Made by a program: the position numbers and the translations under genes. The notes beneath the pieces were generated by a model, which did not search any database, was not told the DNA's origin, and saw nothing but the letters and a program-made list of their open reading frames with translations. From Candidatus Saccharimonadales bacterium (GTDB taxonomy: Bacteria; Patescibacteriota; Microgenomatia; Curtissbacterales; GWA2-41-24), in assembly GCA_035480415.1 (NCBI GenBank), contig DATIHT010000093.1:1-48598 (forward strand): a DNA stretch of 48,598 bases, in the 5' to 3' direction. Shown one piece after another: positions 8,539 to 16,246 of this stretch. The first letter of the stretch is position 1; each line of letters opens with the position of its first letter.

Positions 8539-9216
8539 ATGATCTACATTCTCCACGGCGAAGACACAACTAGTGCCTACGATTGCCTAACTCAAATCCA
8601 AAATAAATATAAAGACCATCTTTTTGTCCGGCTGGAATCCAAACCAGGAGAAGACGAAATAAGCCAGGTAGTCTTCACGGAAGATCTGCTGGACCAGGCA
8701 AAATTAATAGTGGCAGAAGGCTTCTTGTCGCCACTTAAAAAATTGCCAAAATTTATAGAAAAAGTACCCCAAGACCAAATTTTAATTTTTTGGGAAAAAA
8801 CTACGCTTTCGCCGGCAAAGATAAAATCGCTTTCTAAATATGCCCAAATTGAATTTTTCAAAAAATCTTCCGAGATTTTCTCTTTTTTAGATGGTTTGAT
8901 CCCAGGTTCCAAAAATGCATTTGCCCTGCTTACTACACTGGAAGAAGACGGGCTCATATGGCAAATTCAAAACAGGTTTTTATTACTTTTACTGTGCAAA
9001 CTAAACATAAGTCTGGACCAAATAGTAAAAGTTACAAAAAGGAATCTGGCACCCTGGCAGCTGGATAAACTACAAATACAATCAAGAAGGTTCGACCAAA
9101 AACAATTGATGTCTGTATATCAGGGCTCGCTAAAAATCGACTACCTAATAAAAAGCGGCAAAACAAACCTGGATCCAAAAACCCTAATATCTGTCCTGCT
9201 CCAAAAGTACCTTTAA
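8539..9216 (+). CDS. holA: short DNA polymerase III delta subunit-like protein
   Basis: N-terminal YILHGED, a central IF.F.D motif and a C-terminal helical part resemble HolA. At 225 aa it is unusually short, so the call is tentative. Confidence 0.4.
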   Translation: MIYILHGEDTTSAYDCLTQIQNKYKDHLFVRLESKPGEDEISQVVFTEDLLDQAKLIVAEGFLSPLKKLPKFIEKVPQDQILIFWEKTTLSPAKIKSLSKYAQIEFFKKSSEIFSFLDGLIPGSKNAFALLTTLEEDGLIWQIQNRFLLLLLCKLNISLDQIVKVTKRNLAPWQLDKLQIQSRRFDQKQLMSVYQGSLKIDYLIKSGKTNLDPKTLISVLLQKYL

Positions 9217-9217
9217 A

Positions 9218-9250
9218 GTTACGTCTACACCCCAAGGGTGTCAACGTAAC
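9218..9250. promoter_or_regulatory. 33-nt hairpin/palindrome GTTACGT-ct-ACACCC-caa-GGGTGT-ca-ACGTAAC
   Basis: Stems of 6 bp and 7 bp with a 2-nt internal loop, starting 2 nt after the holA-like stop. Its right half recurs at 12438-12451. Confidence 0.5.
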
Positions 9251-9392
9251 AGACGCCAAGGATATATGCATACATCCCTGGGGTGTATTGGCTATATGGA
9301 AAACTTGCAAAATTTCCCCACTTCCTTTTATATGTATATGTGGATCACTCTGCCAAAATTTATGCAAGGTTTAAACGCTTAGCGCGTTTTTA

Positions 9393-9411
9393 CTCTCTCT
9401 CTCTCTCTCTC
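9393..9411 (+). repeat. (CT)9 dinucleotide microsatellite
   Basis: CTCTCTCTCTCTCTCTCTC read directly, 38 nt upstream of the TTG (9449) and 80 nt upstream of the ATG (9491) of the large secreted protein. Confidence 0.95.
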
Positions 9412-9436
9412 GTTAGTATGTGTTAATTTCCGCTTT

Positions 9437-9495
9437 GTCATCCTGAACTTGTTTCAGGATCTTTTTTCTAGATCCCGAACTAAATTCGGGATGAC
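9437..9495 (+). promoter_or_regulatory. four-segment alternative-pairing leader (twin hairpins)
   Basis: ATCCTGAA(9440-47)/TTCAGGAT(9453-60) followed by CTTTTTTC. ATCCCGAA(9472-79)/TTCGGGAT(9485-92) covers the ATG at 9491. GGATC(9457-61) can pair GATCC(9471-75), and GTCATCC(9437-43) can pair GGATGAC(9489-95). Confidence 0.5.
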
Positions 9496-11746
9496 ACTTT
9501 TGGTGACGCTGCTTCTTTTTGCTTTAGGACTTGCTCCTCTTGCACAAGTCCTTGCTTCCACAAGCACTGTTGATTACACCAGACAGCTCATAACCTCCGG
9601 AAACGAGATTACAGATGCGAGCCGTACTACCAATACCCAAGGTGATGGACTTTCCAACGATTCTTCTTATGGAATTTGGGCAGCTGCAACTAATCTTGTA
9701 GCAAACGGTGGTTTTGAAACTAATACTACCGGATGGATACCAAGAACGGGTACGAGTACAACAATTGCGAGGAATACTACAGAGCATAAGTTTGGAGCTG
9801 CCAGTGTTGCTGTAACTACGCCAGGAAGTGCAGATTATGAATCGGTTGCAAATGGCACTAGCTCCAGCGGTTATTACACGGTAAGCTCAAGTACTGCTTA
9901 TACGGTAAGCGCATGGACAAAAGCAGCGGTTGGAGAAAATACTTACGTAGTTTGGGACGAACTTAATAGTTCAGGTACCTATATAACTTCACAGTTTAGT
10001 AGTGCAGTGGTAGGGAATGGAGGCTGGCAAAGAGTAACTCTTACTGCTACTACCAACGGCAGTACTGCCCGTCTTTTGATATATGTGGGTCACAACACAA
10101 CTCACGTAGCAAGCACATTTTATGTAGATGGTGTTCAAGTTGAAACTGGCTCTGTCGCCACTCCATATATTGAAACTAATGGCGCGACTGCGAGCAGAAG
10201 TGCTGGACGAGTTCAGCCGGTGTCTAATATCTTTTCTGCGACACAGGGTTGGGCTGCATTTAGAATACGAAGCGGCTGGGGTACGGCACCTTCTAATGCA
10301 ACGTTGTTCTCATGGGCGGACAGCGGTAATGAAAGAATTGAACTTGTATATGTTACCAATCAGTGGGTTGCAATAAAGCGTACGCTAGGAGCCGGTTCTA
10401 ATGCTGCAAGCGCGATAATTACTCCCGCCGTTGGAGACTTCGAAACTGTCATTATTTCGTGGACTTCCTCGACTGTAAAAGTGTCGGTAAACGGTGCTGC
10501 TTTTGTATCTGCAAGTAACAGTTCTATTCCCACATTAACAGCCACATTAGCCGATATTGGTCAATCTACCCAAGCAGCTAATCGTCTTTTAGATGCGGAT
10601 GTTTTCTGGTCAGCCGCCGGATCTGGTACCCTCTCTGACGCTGATGCTTCAACGATCAATGGTTTTGGCAATACGGATCCTACAATCAACAGTTTCAGCA
10701 CAACAGACCATCCAACATTTACCTGGAGTGCCGACACCGCCAATTACACAGCAAGGGATTACAACGTAACGACTGTTGACCCTGACGGGCCACCAACTGC
10801 ACCAGGATGTAACGACCAGGCACCAACGTCTGCACCCACAATATTCACAGCACAGTCAGACGTAAGTAGTGCAACTCTAAACTTTGCACCTGCAACACCT
10901 TCCAGCTACTACTACATTGCCTATGGGACAAATTCTGACAACTTTCAATATGGAGTTAAATACAATACTGACTACAACAAAGGCCAGTTAAGCTACACGG
11001 TAACAGGACTTACCCAACACACTTCCTACTACTTTAAGATTCGTGCCGGTAACGGTTGTGCAACCGGTCCCTGGGGCGGCTGGCGAGAAGTACTAACATC
11101 AAAAAGTGCGAGTAGCGGTGCTGATGCCGGTTCATATTTGCAGGGCTCCCAACCTTCTCCTGAACCATCTCCAAGCCCTCAGTCCGGACTTGTTCCTAAA
11201 GTTACACAAATACTGGAATCACCAGTTGCAATTGCTACTAAAACCGGTGGAAGTATCCTAGGATGGTTTGGAAAAATCGGATCAGCTATAGGCTCTGGTA
11301 TTGGTACATTTGGCCATGATATCGGTTCTTTGGCCGGCGATACGGGCCGTTTGGTTGCAAATGGTTTAACAAAAACTGTTACGATTCCAGCTAATGCTGT
11401 TGCGTCTGTTTTTATAAAAGCAAAAGATACGGTAGTCGGAACATATTATCTTGCAACCGTTCACGACCAACCAAAAATTACGAATGTTCAAGTTAGCAAA
11501 AATTCTCAAACTGACGTTGTTATTTCCTGGCAGACAGACCAACCTACAACTTCTAAAGTTAACTACGGTTTTGATACTTCGTACGGTAAAGATGTACAGA
11601 ATGGTAGTTATGCAAAAGACCATAAGTTAATTCTCAAAGGCTTAGACGCTAACAAAACATATTACTTTGAGGTAATGGGGCAGCTTGGTAACAAATATGT
11701 CTACGATGCTTATTATTCCTTTACTACCCAGGAAGAAGGCAAATAG
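9449..11746 (+). CDS. large secreted multidomain protein (CBM4/9-like, LamG-like, two FN3-like modules, Gly-rich linker)
   Basis: GGFETNTTGW...FYVDGVQVE resembles carbohydrate-binding modules. LFSWADSGNERIELVY..VSVNGAAF is LamG-like. YYFKIRAGN and YYFEVMG end FN3-like modules. Signal peptide LLVTLLLFALGLAPLAQVLAS. The start is either TTG 9449 or ATG 9491. Confidence 0.7.
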   Translation: MFQDLFSRSRTKFGMTLLVTLLLFALGLAPLAQVLASTSTVDYTRQLITSGNEITDASRTTNTQGDGLSNDSSYGIWAAATNLVANGGFETNTTGWIPRTGTSTTIARNTTEHKFGAASVAVTTPGSADYESVANGTSSSGYYTVSSSTAYTVSAWTKAAVGENTYVVWDELNSSGTYITSQFSSAVVGNGGWQRVTLTATTNGSTARLLIYVGHNTTHVASTFYVDGVQVETGSVATPYIETNGATASRSAGRVQPVSNIFSATQGWAAFRIRSGWGTAPSNATLFSWADSGNERIELVYVTNQWVAIKRTLGAGSNAASAIITPAVGDFETVIISWTSSTVKVSVNGAAFVSASNSSIPTLTATLADIGQSTQAANRLLDADVFWSAAGSGTLSDADASTINGFGNTDPTINSFSTTDHPTFTWSADTANYTARDYNVTTVDPDGPPTAPGCNDQAPTSAPTIFTAQSDVSSATLNFAPATPSSYYYIAYGTNSDNFQYGVKYNTDYNKGQLSYTVTGLTQHTSYYFKIRAGNGCATGPWGGWREVLTSKSASSGADAGSYLQGSQPSPEPSPSPQSGLVPKVTQILESPVAIATKTGGSILGWFGKIGSAIGSGIGTFGHDIGSLAGDTGRLVANGLTKTVTIPANAVASVFIKAKDTVVGTYYLATVHDQPKITNVQVSKNSQTDVVISWQTDQPTTSKVNYGFDTSYGKDVQNGSYAKDHKLILKGLDANKTYYFEVMGQLGNKYVYDAYYSFTTQEEGK

Positions 11747-11749
11747 TAC

Positions 11750-12424
11750 ATGGGCGAATTTTTAAAGTTCGTCCCAAAAAAATTTATTTCCCCTCTTGCG
11801 AAAACATTAATAATATCTGGACTTATTCTGCCTGCTGGTCTTACGGACGAGAACATGCCGCTGCAGGCTACGTCTGTTCATGCAGAAACTACTGATCCTC
11901 TTGAACAAATCCCATTTAACTGGCAAAGGAATGAAGTGTTGTTTGGTCCAAATGCCGGTTTTGAAAAGGCAACGAATGGACAAAGTTTAAGCGTGTATGT
12001 AACACCAGGCTTGGCAATAGATTTAAAGGCCACTATTGCCCCTTGGAACAAACTGGCTGGCTGGGATTTGTTTATACCTTCGGACGATGTTAGCGGTGCA
12101 GATATATCTTTTGTTCCAAACAATACGACGAGGGTACAGCCGGCACCGGATTTCAAGGCCAGTTATTCTGGCTGCAAAATTAATATTAATCCAAAAGACT
12201 ATAAATTAACCATGGAAGCGCAGCACGAGATAGGACACTGTTTGGGTCTTGTCGATTTTGTAACAACAGGTACAGACACCAAAAATTATGTTAACCCGCA
12301 AAAGTGCGATGATCCTTCCAAGTTGTATCTTGGAGTGATGAGTTATTGTTCATGGGAGGATTCTAGATTTTGGTTTGGCGCACACGACAGGAAATTATTA
12401 GAGCTCTGTGGCTACTCTCGCTAA
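11750..12424 (+). CDS. secreted metzincin-type zinc metalloprotease
   Basis: HEIGHCLGLVD fits HExxHxxGxxD (third ligand Asp, snapalysin-like), with a downstream Met-turn GVMSY. N-terminal hydrophobic segment. Starts 3 nt after the upstream stop. Confidence 0.6.
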   Translation: MGEFLKFVPKKFISPLAKTLIISGLILPAGLTDENMPLQATSVHAETTDPLEQIPFNWQRNEVLFGPNAGFEKATNGQSLSVYVTPGLAIDLKATIAPWNKLAGWDLFIPSDDVSGADISFVPNNTTRVQPAPDFKASYSGCKININPKDYKLTMEAQHEIGHCLGLVDFVTTGTDTKNYVNPQKCDDPSKLYLGVMSYCSWEDSRFWFGAHDRKLLELCGYSR

Positions 12425-12437
12425 AAAGATTTCCTAA

Positions 12438-12466
12438 GGTGTCAACGTAACTCACCCCAGGGGTGT
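12438..12466. repeat. GGTGTCAACGTAAC plus palindrome TCACCCC-a-GGGGTGT
   Basis: The 14-mer is identical to 9237-9250. The palindrome has the same form as 9227-9241 (ACACCCCaaGGGTGT) and 9272-9286 (ACATCCCtGGGGTGT). Confidence 0.55.
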
Positions 12467-12503
12467 AATCGGAAGTTTCTTGGTATTTTACGTACGGGAT
12501 ACC

Positions 12504-12512
12504 TGATACAAT
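12504..12512 (+). promoter_or_regulatory. extended -10 TGaTACAAT, 8 nt from the ppsA ATG
   Basis: Read directly. Preceded by related GGATAC (12497) and TGGTAT (12481) words. Confidence 0.5.
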
Positions 12513-12520
12513 TAAAATTA

Positions 12521-14785
12521 ATGCCACAGAACGTAGTTTGGTTTAAAGATGTAGATAAAAACGACATAGATTTAGTCGGCGGCAAGGGCGCAAATTTAGG
12601 AGAACTCACCAAAATCGGCGCACCGGTACCAAACGGTTTTATTGTTACCTCACAAGCATACTTCGACTCTGTTAAAAATTCGGGAGCACTGGACAGAATT
12701 AAGGGCATATTGTATGGATTAAATACAAACGATCCTGTTGACCTTCAAAGAAAAGCCCAGGCATGCCAGAAAGAAATAAAAAACATAGAACTACCAAAAA
12801 GTCTGGAAAATGAAATCGAATCGCACTACAAAAAACTCGGCAACGGCAAACAGATACTGGTTGCCGTCCGTTCTTCTGCAACAGCAGAAGACTTACCAAA
12901 CGCTTCTTTTGCAGGCCAACAAAAAACTTTTTTAAATGTAAAAGGTAAAGAAGAATTAAAGCGCGCAATTTTAGACGCCTGGGCTTCGCTATTTGAAGCA
13001 AGAGCAATTTTTTACAGGCAGGATCAAAAATTCGACCATTTTAAAGTAGGTATCGCAATACCGGTACAAATTATGGTGCAATCCCAAACTTCCGGCGTAA
13101 TGTTTACAGTAGACCCAATTACCGGCAATAAAAACACAGCGGTAATAGAAGCAATTTGGGGTCTTGGAGAATTGATAGTTGGCGGACAGGCAACACCCGA
13201 CCATTTTGAAGTTGAAAAACAAAACTTTACAATCAGTGTCAAAAGCATTGCCAAACAGGAAAAACAGCTGGTAAAGGTGGAAAAAGGCAACAAACTTGTA
13301 ACTATTGCAAAGGCTCACCAGAAATCCCAAAAACTTCCGGATGCAAAAGTATTAGAACTTGCCAAAATTGGCAAAATGCTCGAAAATCATTATTTTTCTC
13401 CTCAGGATATTGAATGGGCATACACAAACGGCAAAATCTATCTGGTACAAACAAGGCCTATCACCACACTCGGCAAAAAGAAAAAGGAGGAAGAGACAAA
13501 AATGCCAGAAAATCAAATTAAAAATGTAATCCTGGAAGGTGCACCTGCGTCTCCGGCAATTGCAACAGGAAAAGTTGTTATTATTCATTCGCCAAAAGAA
13601 CTTAACAAAATCAAACAAGGCGATGTTTTGGTAACAGAGGTTACAAATCCGGATTTTGTACCTGCAATGAGAAGAGCAGTTGCCATTGTGACAGACAAAG
13701 GCGGCAGGACTTCTCATGCTGCCATTGTTTCCAGAGAGCTTGGCATTGCATGTGTTGTGGGCACGCAGGATGCTACCAAAAAACTTAAAGACGGGCAGAT
13801 AGTCACAGTAGATGGTGCCAAAGGTTTAATTTACAAAGGCAGTATTCAAACTCCAGGCAAAAACCTTAATGCCCAGCTTACTGCCAGTAAACAGGCAACA
13901 AACCATAATACGGCAACTAAGCTTTACGTTAATTTGGCAGAAGTTGAAAAAGCAGTGGAAATTGCCGCCAAAAATGTGGACGGCGTCGGGCTTTTGCGTG
14001 CAGAATTTATGCTGGCAGCAATCGGCACCCACCCAAAAAAATTTATAAAAGACAAAAAAGAGGATGAATTTGTAAATATTCTATCTTCAAAACTTTCTAC
14101 CTTTGGCAAAGCCTTTGGTAAACGCCCGGTTATCTACAGAGCGAGCGATTTAAAATCCAGCGAATACAGACACCTTAAAGGCGGCGAAGCTTTTGAGCCC
14201 AATGAGACTAACCCCATGCTTGGCTACCGCGGTGCCTTCAGATATTTAAAAGATCCCGATACTTTTAAGTTGGAACTAAGAGCCTTAAAACTTGCCCGTC
14301 AAAACCATAAAAACCTAAGGCTTATGATTCCGTTTGTAAGAAACCCCCAGGAGCTTATTGCCGTTAAAAGCATGGTGGAAGAACAAGGTCTATTCCAGGA
14401 CAAATCTTTTGAGCTTCTCATGATGGCCGAACTTCCCACAAATGTCTTCAGGCTTCAGGATTTCATAGACGTGGGTATAGACGGCATATCAATTGGCTCC
14501 AACGATCTTACGATGCTTATTTTGGGGACAGACAGAGACAATGAAGAAGTAGCAAGCGAATTCAACGAAATGGACCCTGCGGTTTTGTCTGCTTACGAGA
14601 AAATAATTAAAACTTGTGTCCAAAACAAACTTGATTGTTCTATTTGCGGTCAGGCCCCTTCCTTTTTTCCGGAATTGACCGAAAAATTAGTAAAATGGGG
14701 CATTACCTCAATTTCGGTAAACCCAGATAAAATAGACCAAACCCGCCAAATCATTTACGAAGCCGAGAAAAAACTTGTATTATGA
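12521..14785 (+). CDS. ppsA: phosphoenolpyruvate synthase (pyruvate, water dikinase)
   Basis: N-terminal ATP-grasp motif VGGKGANLGEL, phosphohistidine swivel GGRTSHAAIVSRELGIACVVG, and a C-terminal PEP-utilising TIM domain. 754 aa. Confidence 0.85.
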   Translation: MPQNVVWFKDVDKNDIDLVGGKGANLGELTKIGAPVPNGFIVTSQAYFDSVKNSGALDRIKGILYGLNTNDPVDLQRKAQACQKEIKNIELPKSLENEIESHYKKLGNGKQILVAVRSSATAEDLPNASFAGQQKTFLNVKGKEELKRAILDAWASLFEARAIFYRQDQKFDHFKVGIAIPVQIMVQSQTSGVMFTVDPITGNKNTAVIEAIWGLGELIVGGQATPDHFEVEKQNFTISVKSIAKQEKQLVKVEKGNKLVTIAKAHQKSQKLPDAKVLELAKIGKMLENHYFSPQDIEWAYTNGKIYLVQTRPITTLGKKKKEEETKMPENQIKNVILEGAPASPAIATGKVVIIHSPKELNKIKQGDVLVTEVTNPDFVPAMRRAVAIVTDKGGRTSHAAIVSRELGIACVVGTQDATKKLKDGQIVTVDGAKGLIYKGSIQTPGKNLNAQLTASKQATNHNTATKLYVNLAEVEKAVEIAAKNVDGVGLLRAEFMLAAIGTHPKKFIKDKKEDEFVNILSSKLSTFGKAFGKRPVIYRASDLKSSEYRHLKGGEAFEPNETNPMLGYRGAFRYLKDPDTFKLELRALKLARQNHKNLRLMIPFVRNPQELIAVKSMVEEQGLFQDKSFELLMMAELPTNVFRLQDFIDVGIDGISIGSNDLTMLILGTDRDNEEVASEFNEMDPAVLSAYEKIIKTCVQNKLDCSICGQAPSFFPELTEKLVKWGITSISVNPDKIDQTRQIIYEAEKKLVL

Positions 14786-14899
14786 TAGTAGCAATTTACA
14801 ATTTAAAATTTTCAATTTCTAATCAATTTTTAAAATTTAATTTTCAAACATTTAGATTTCAATAAAAATTATAAATTTAAAATTAAAAATTAACTAAAT
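14786..14899 (+). repeat. very AT-rich spacer element (family F)
   Basis: Shares ordered blocks with 35598-35709: AATTTACAATTT, TAATCAATTT, TTAAAATTTAA, ACATTTAGATTTCAAT, AAATTTAAAATT. Confidence 0.6.
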
Positions 14900-16153
14900 A
14901 TGTCCAAAATTAGAAAAATTACTGCCAGAGAGATATTAGACAGCCGCGGTATTCCTACCCTAGAATCAATTATAGAGTTAGAAGACTCCTCGGTAGGAAT
15001 TTATTCCGTACCTTCCGGCACCTCTGTTGGTAAATACGAAGCACACGAACTACGCGACGGTGATCAGAACCGTTACGGCGGTCAGGGCGTTTTGAAATGC
15101 CTGGAAAAAATCTCATCTGTGCTTTCACCTCAATTAATTGGCAAAGACGCCAAAAACCAGCAATCAATCGACCAGATAATGCTTGATTTGGACGGTACTC
15201 ACACAAAGGAAAATCTGGGGGCAAATAGTCTTTTGTGCTTATCTGCCGCAATTGCCAAAGCACAGGCCAATTCGCAAAAGCAACCTTTGTACCAATATAT
15301 TTCCACGTTGTTTGGAAGCACTCAAACGCAATTCACACTGCCAACTCCAATGTTCAATGTGCTAAACGGTGGTATGCATGCCAACCATAATTTAGATTTT
15401 CAGGAATTCATGATCGTACCTTCTCAGGCAGGTTCTTACAGCAAAAACTTAAAACTGGGAGTGGAATGTTACCACGCACTTAAAGAAACTCTAAAATCAC
15501 ACAGTGCTTCTGTTTTAATTGGAGACGAAGGAGGATATGCACCCCTTTTATATTCCAACATGGATGCTTTTAAAATGTTGGAAGAAGCAGTAGCCAAAGC
15601 AAATTACAGAATTGGCTTAGATGCTTTTTTTAGCCTAGACGCAGCAGCATCCTACATAAAACAGGGCGATACTTATAGGATAAAAGACAAACCAACACCG
15701 CTTTCTGCAACAGACCTTATCGACTTTTATATATCCCTAAACGAGCAGTACCATCTCCTTGCCCTGGAAGATCCTCTGGACCAGGATGATTGGGATTCTT
15801 GGAAAGTACTTTACAGCAAACTTGGAAACGACACTTTAATCGTTGCCGACGACTTAACCTGCACAAACACGGAAAGGCTAAACAAGGCCATAGAACAAAA
15901 GTGTACAAATGCAATAGTGGTTAAACCAAACCAGGTTGGCACAATTACACAAACACTGGAAGCGGTAAGGGTTGCCAAAGATGCCGGCTTCAAAATTGTG
16001 GTCTCCCATAGGTCCGGCGAAACCAACGACGACTTTATTGTAGATTTTGCAGTTGCCTGCGGTGCCGATTACGCAAAATTCGGCGCACCTGCACGCGGCG
16101 AACGGGTCGCAAAATACAACAGGCTCCTGGAAATCGAACACGAATTGTCATAG
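14900..16153 (+). CDS. eno: enolase
   Basis: ITAREILDSRGIPTLE N-terminus, SHRSGET and KPNQVGT motifs. Confidence 0.92.
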   Translation: MSKIRKITAREILDSRGIPTLESIIELEDSSVGIYSVPSGTSVGKYEAHELRDGDQNRYGGQGVLKCLEKISSVLSPQLIGKDAKNQQSIDQIMLDLDGTHTKENLGANSLLCLSAAIAKAQANSQKQPLYQYISTLFGSTQTQFTLPTPMFNVLNGGMHANHNLDFQEFMIVPSQAGSYSKNLKLGVECYHALKETLKSHSASVLIGDEGGYAPLLYSNMDAFKMLEEAVAKANYRIGLDAFFSLDAAASYIKQGDTYRIKDKPTPLSATDLIDFYISLNEQYHLLALEDPLDQDDWDSWKVLYSKLGNDTLIVADDLTCTNTERLNKAIEQKCTNAIVVKPNQVGTITQTLEAVRVAKDAGFKIVVSHRSGETNDDFIVDFAVACGADYAKFGAPARGERVAKYNRLLEIEHELS

Positions 16154-16246
16154 GTTACCAGGTAAGCAGGTAATCAGGTACCCAGGTAATTTAGAAACCC
16201 GGCAACCTAGTAACCTAATTACCTGATTACCTAGATACCTAATAAA
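16154..16246. repeat. inverted arrays of 8-nt-period octamers: (CAGGTAAn)x4 then (TACCTrnn)x5
   Basis: CAGGTA at 16159, 16167, 16175 and 16183. ACCTR at 16205, 16213, 16221, 16229 and 16237. AGGTAATCAGGTA pairs perfectly with TACCTGATTACCT. Confidence 0.85.

Noticed and set aside
9032-9367. 111-aa minus-strand ORF spanning the holA-like 3' end and the palindrome-rich spacer; similarly 12442..12708 and 19200..19539 on the minus strand.
   Set aside because: These ORFs run through intergenic hairpins and repeats and overlap better-supported genes. They have no start-site signals.
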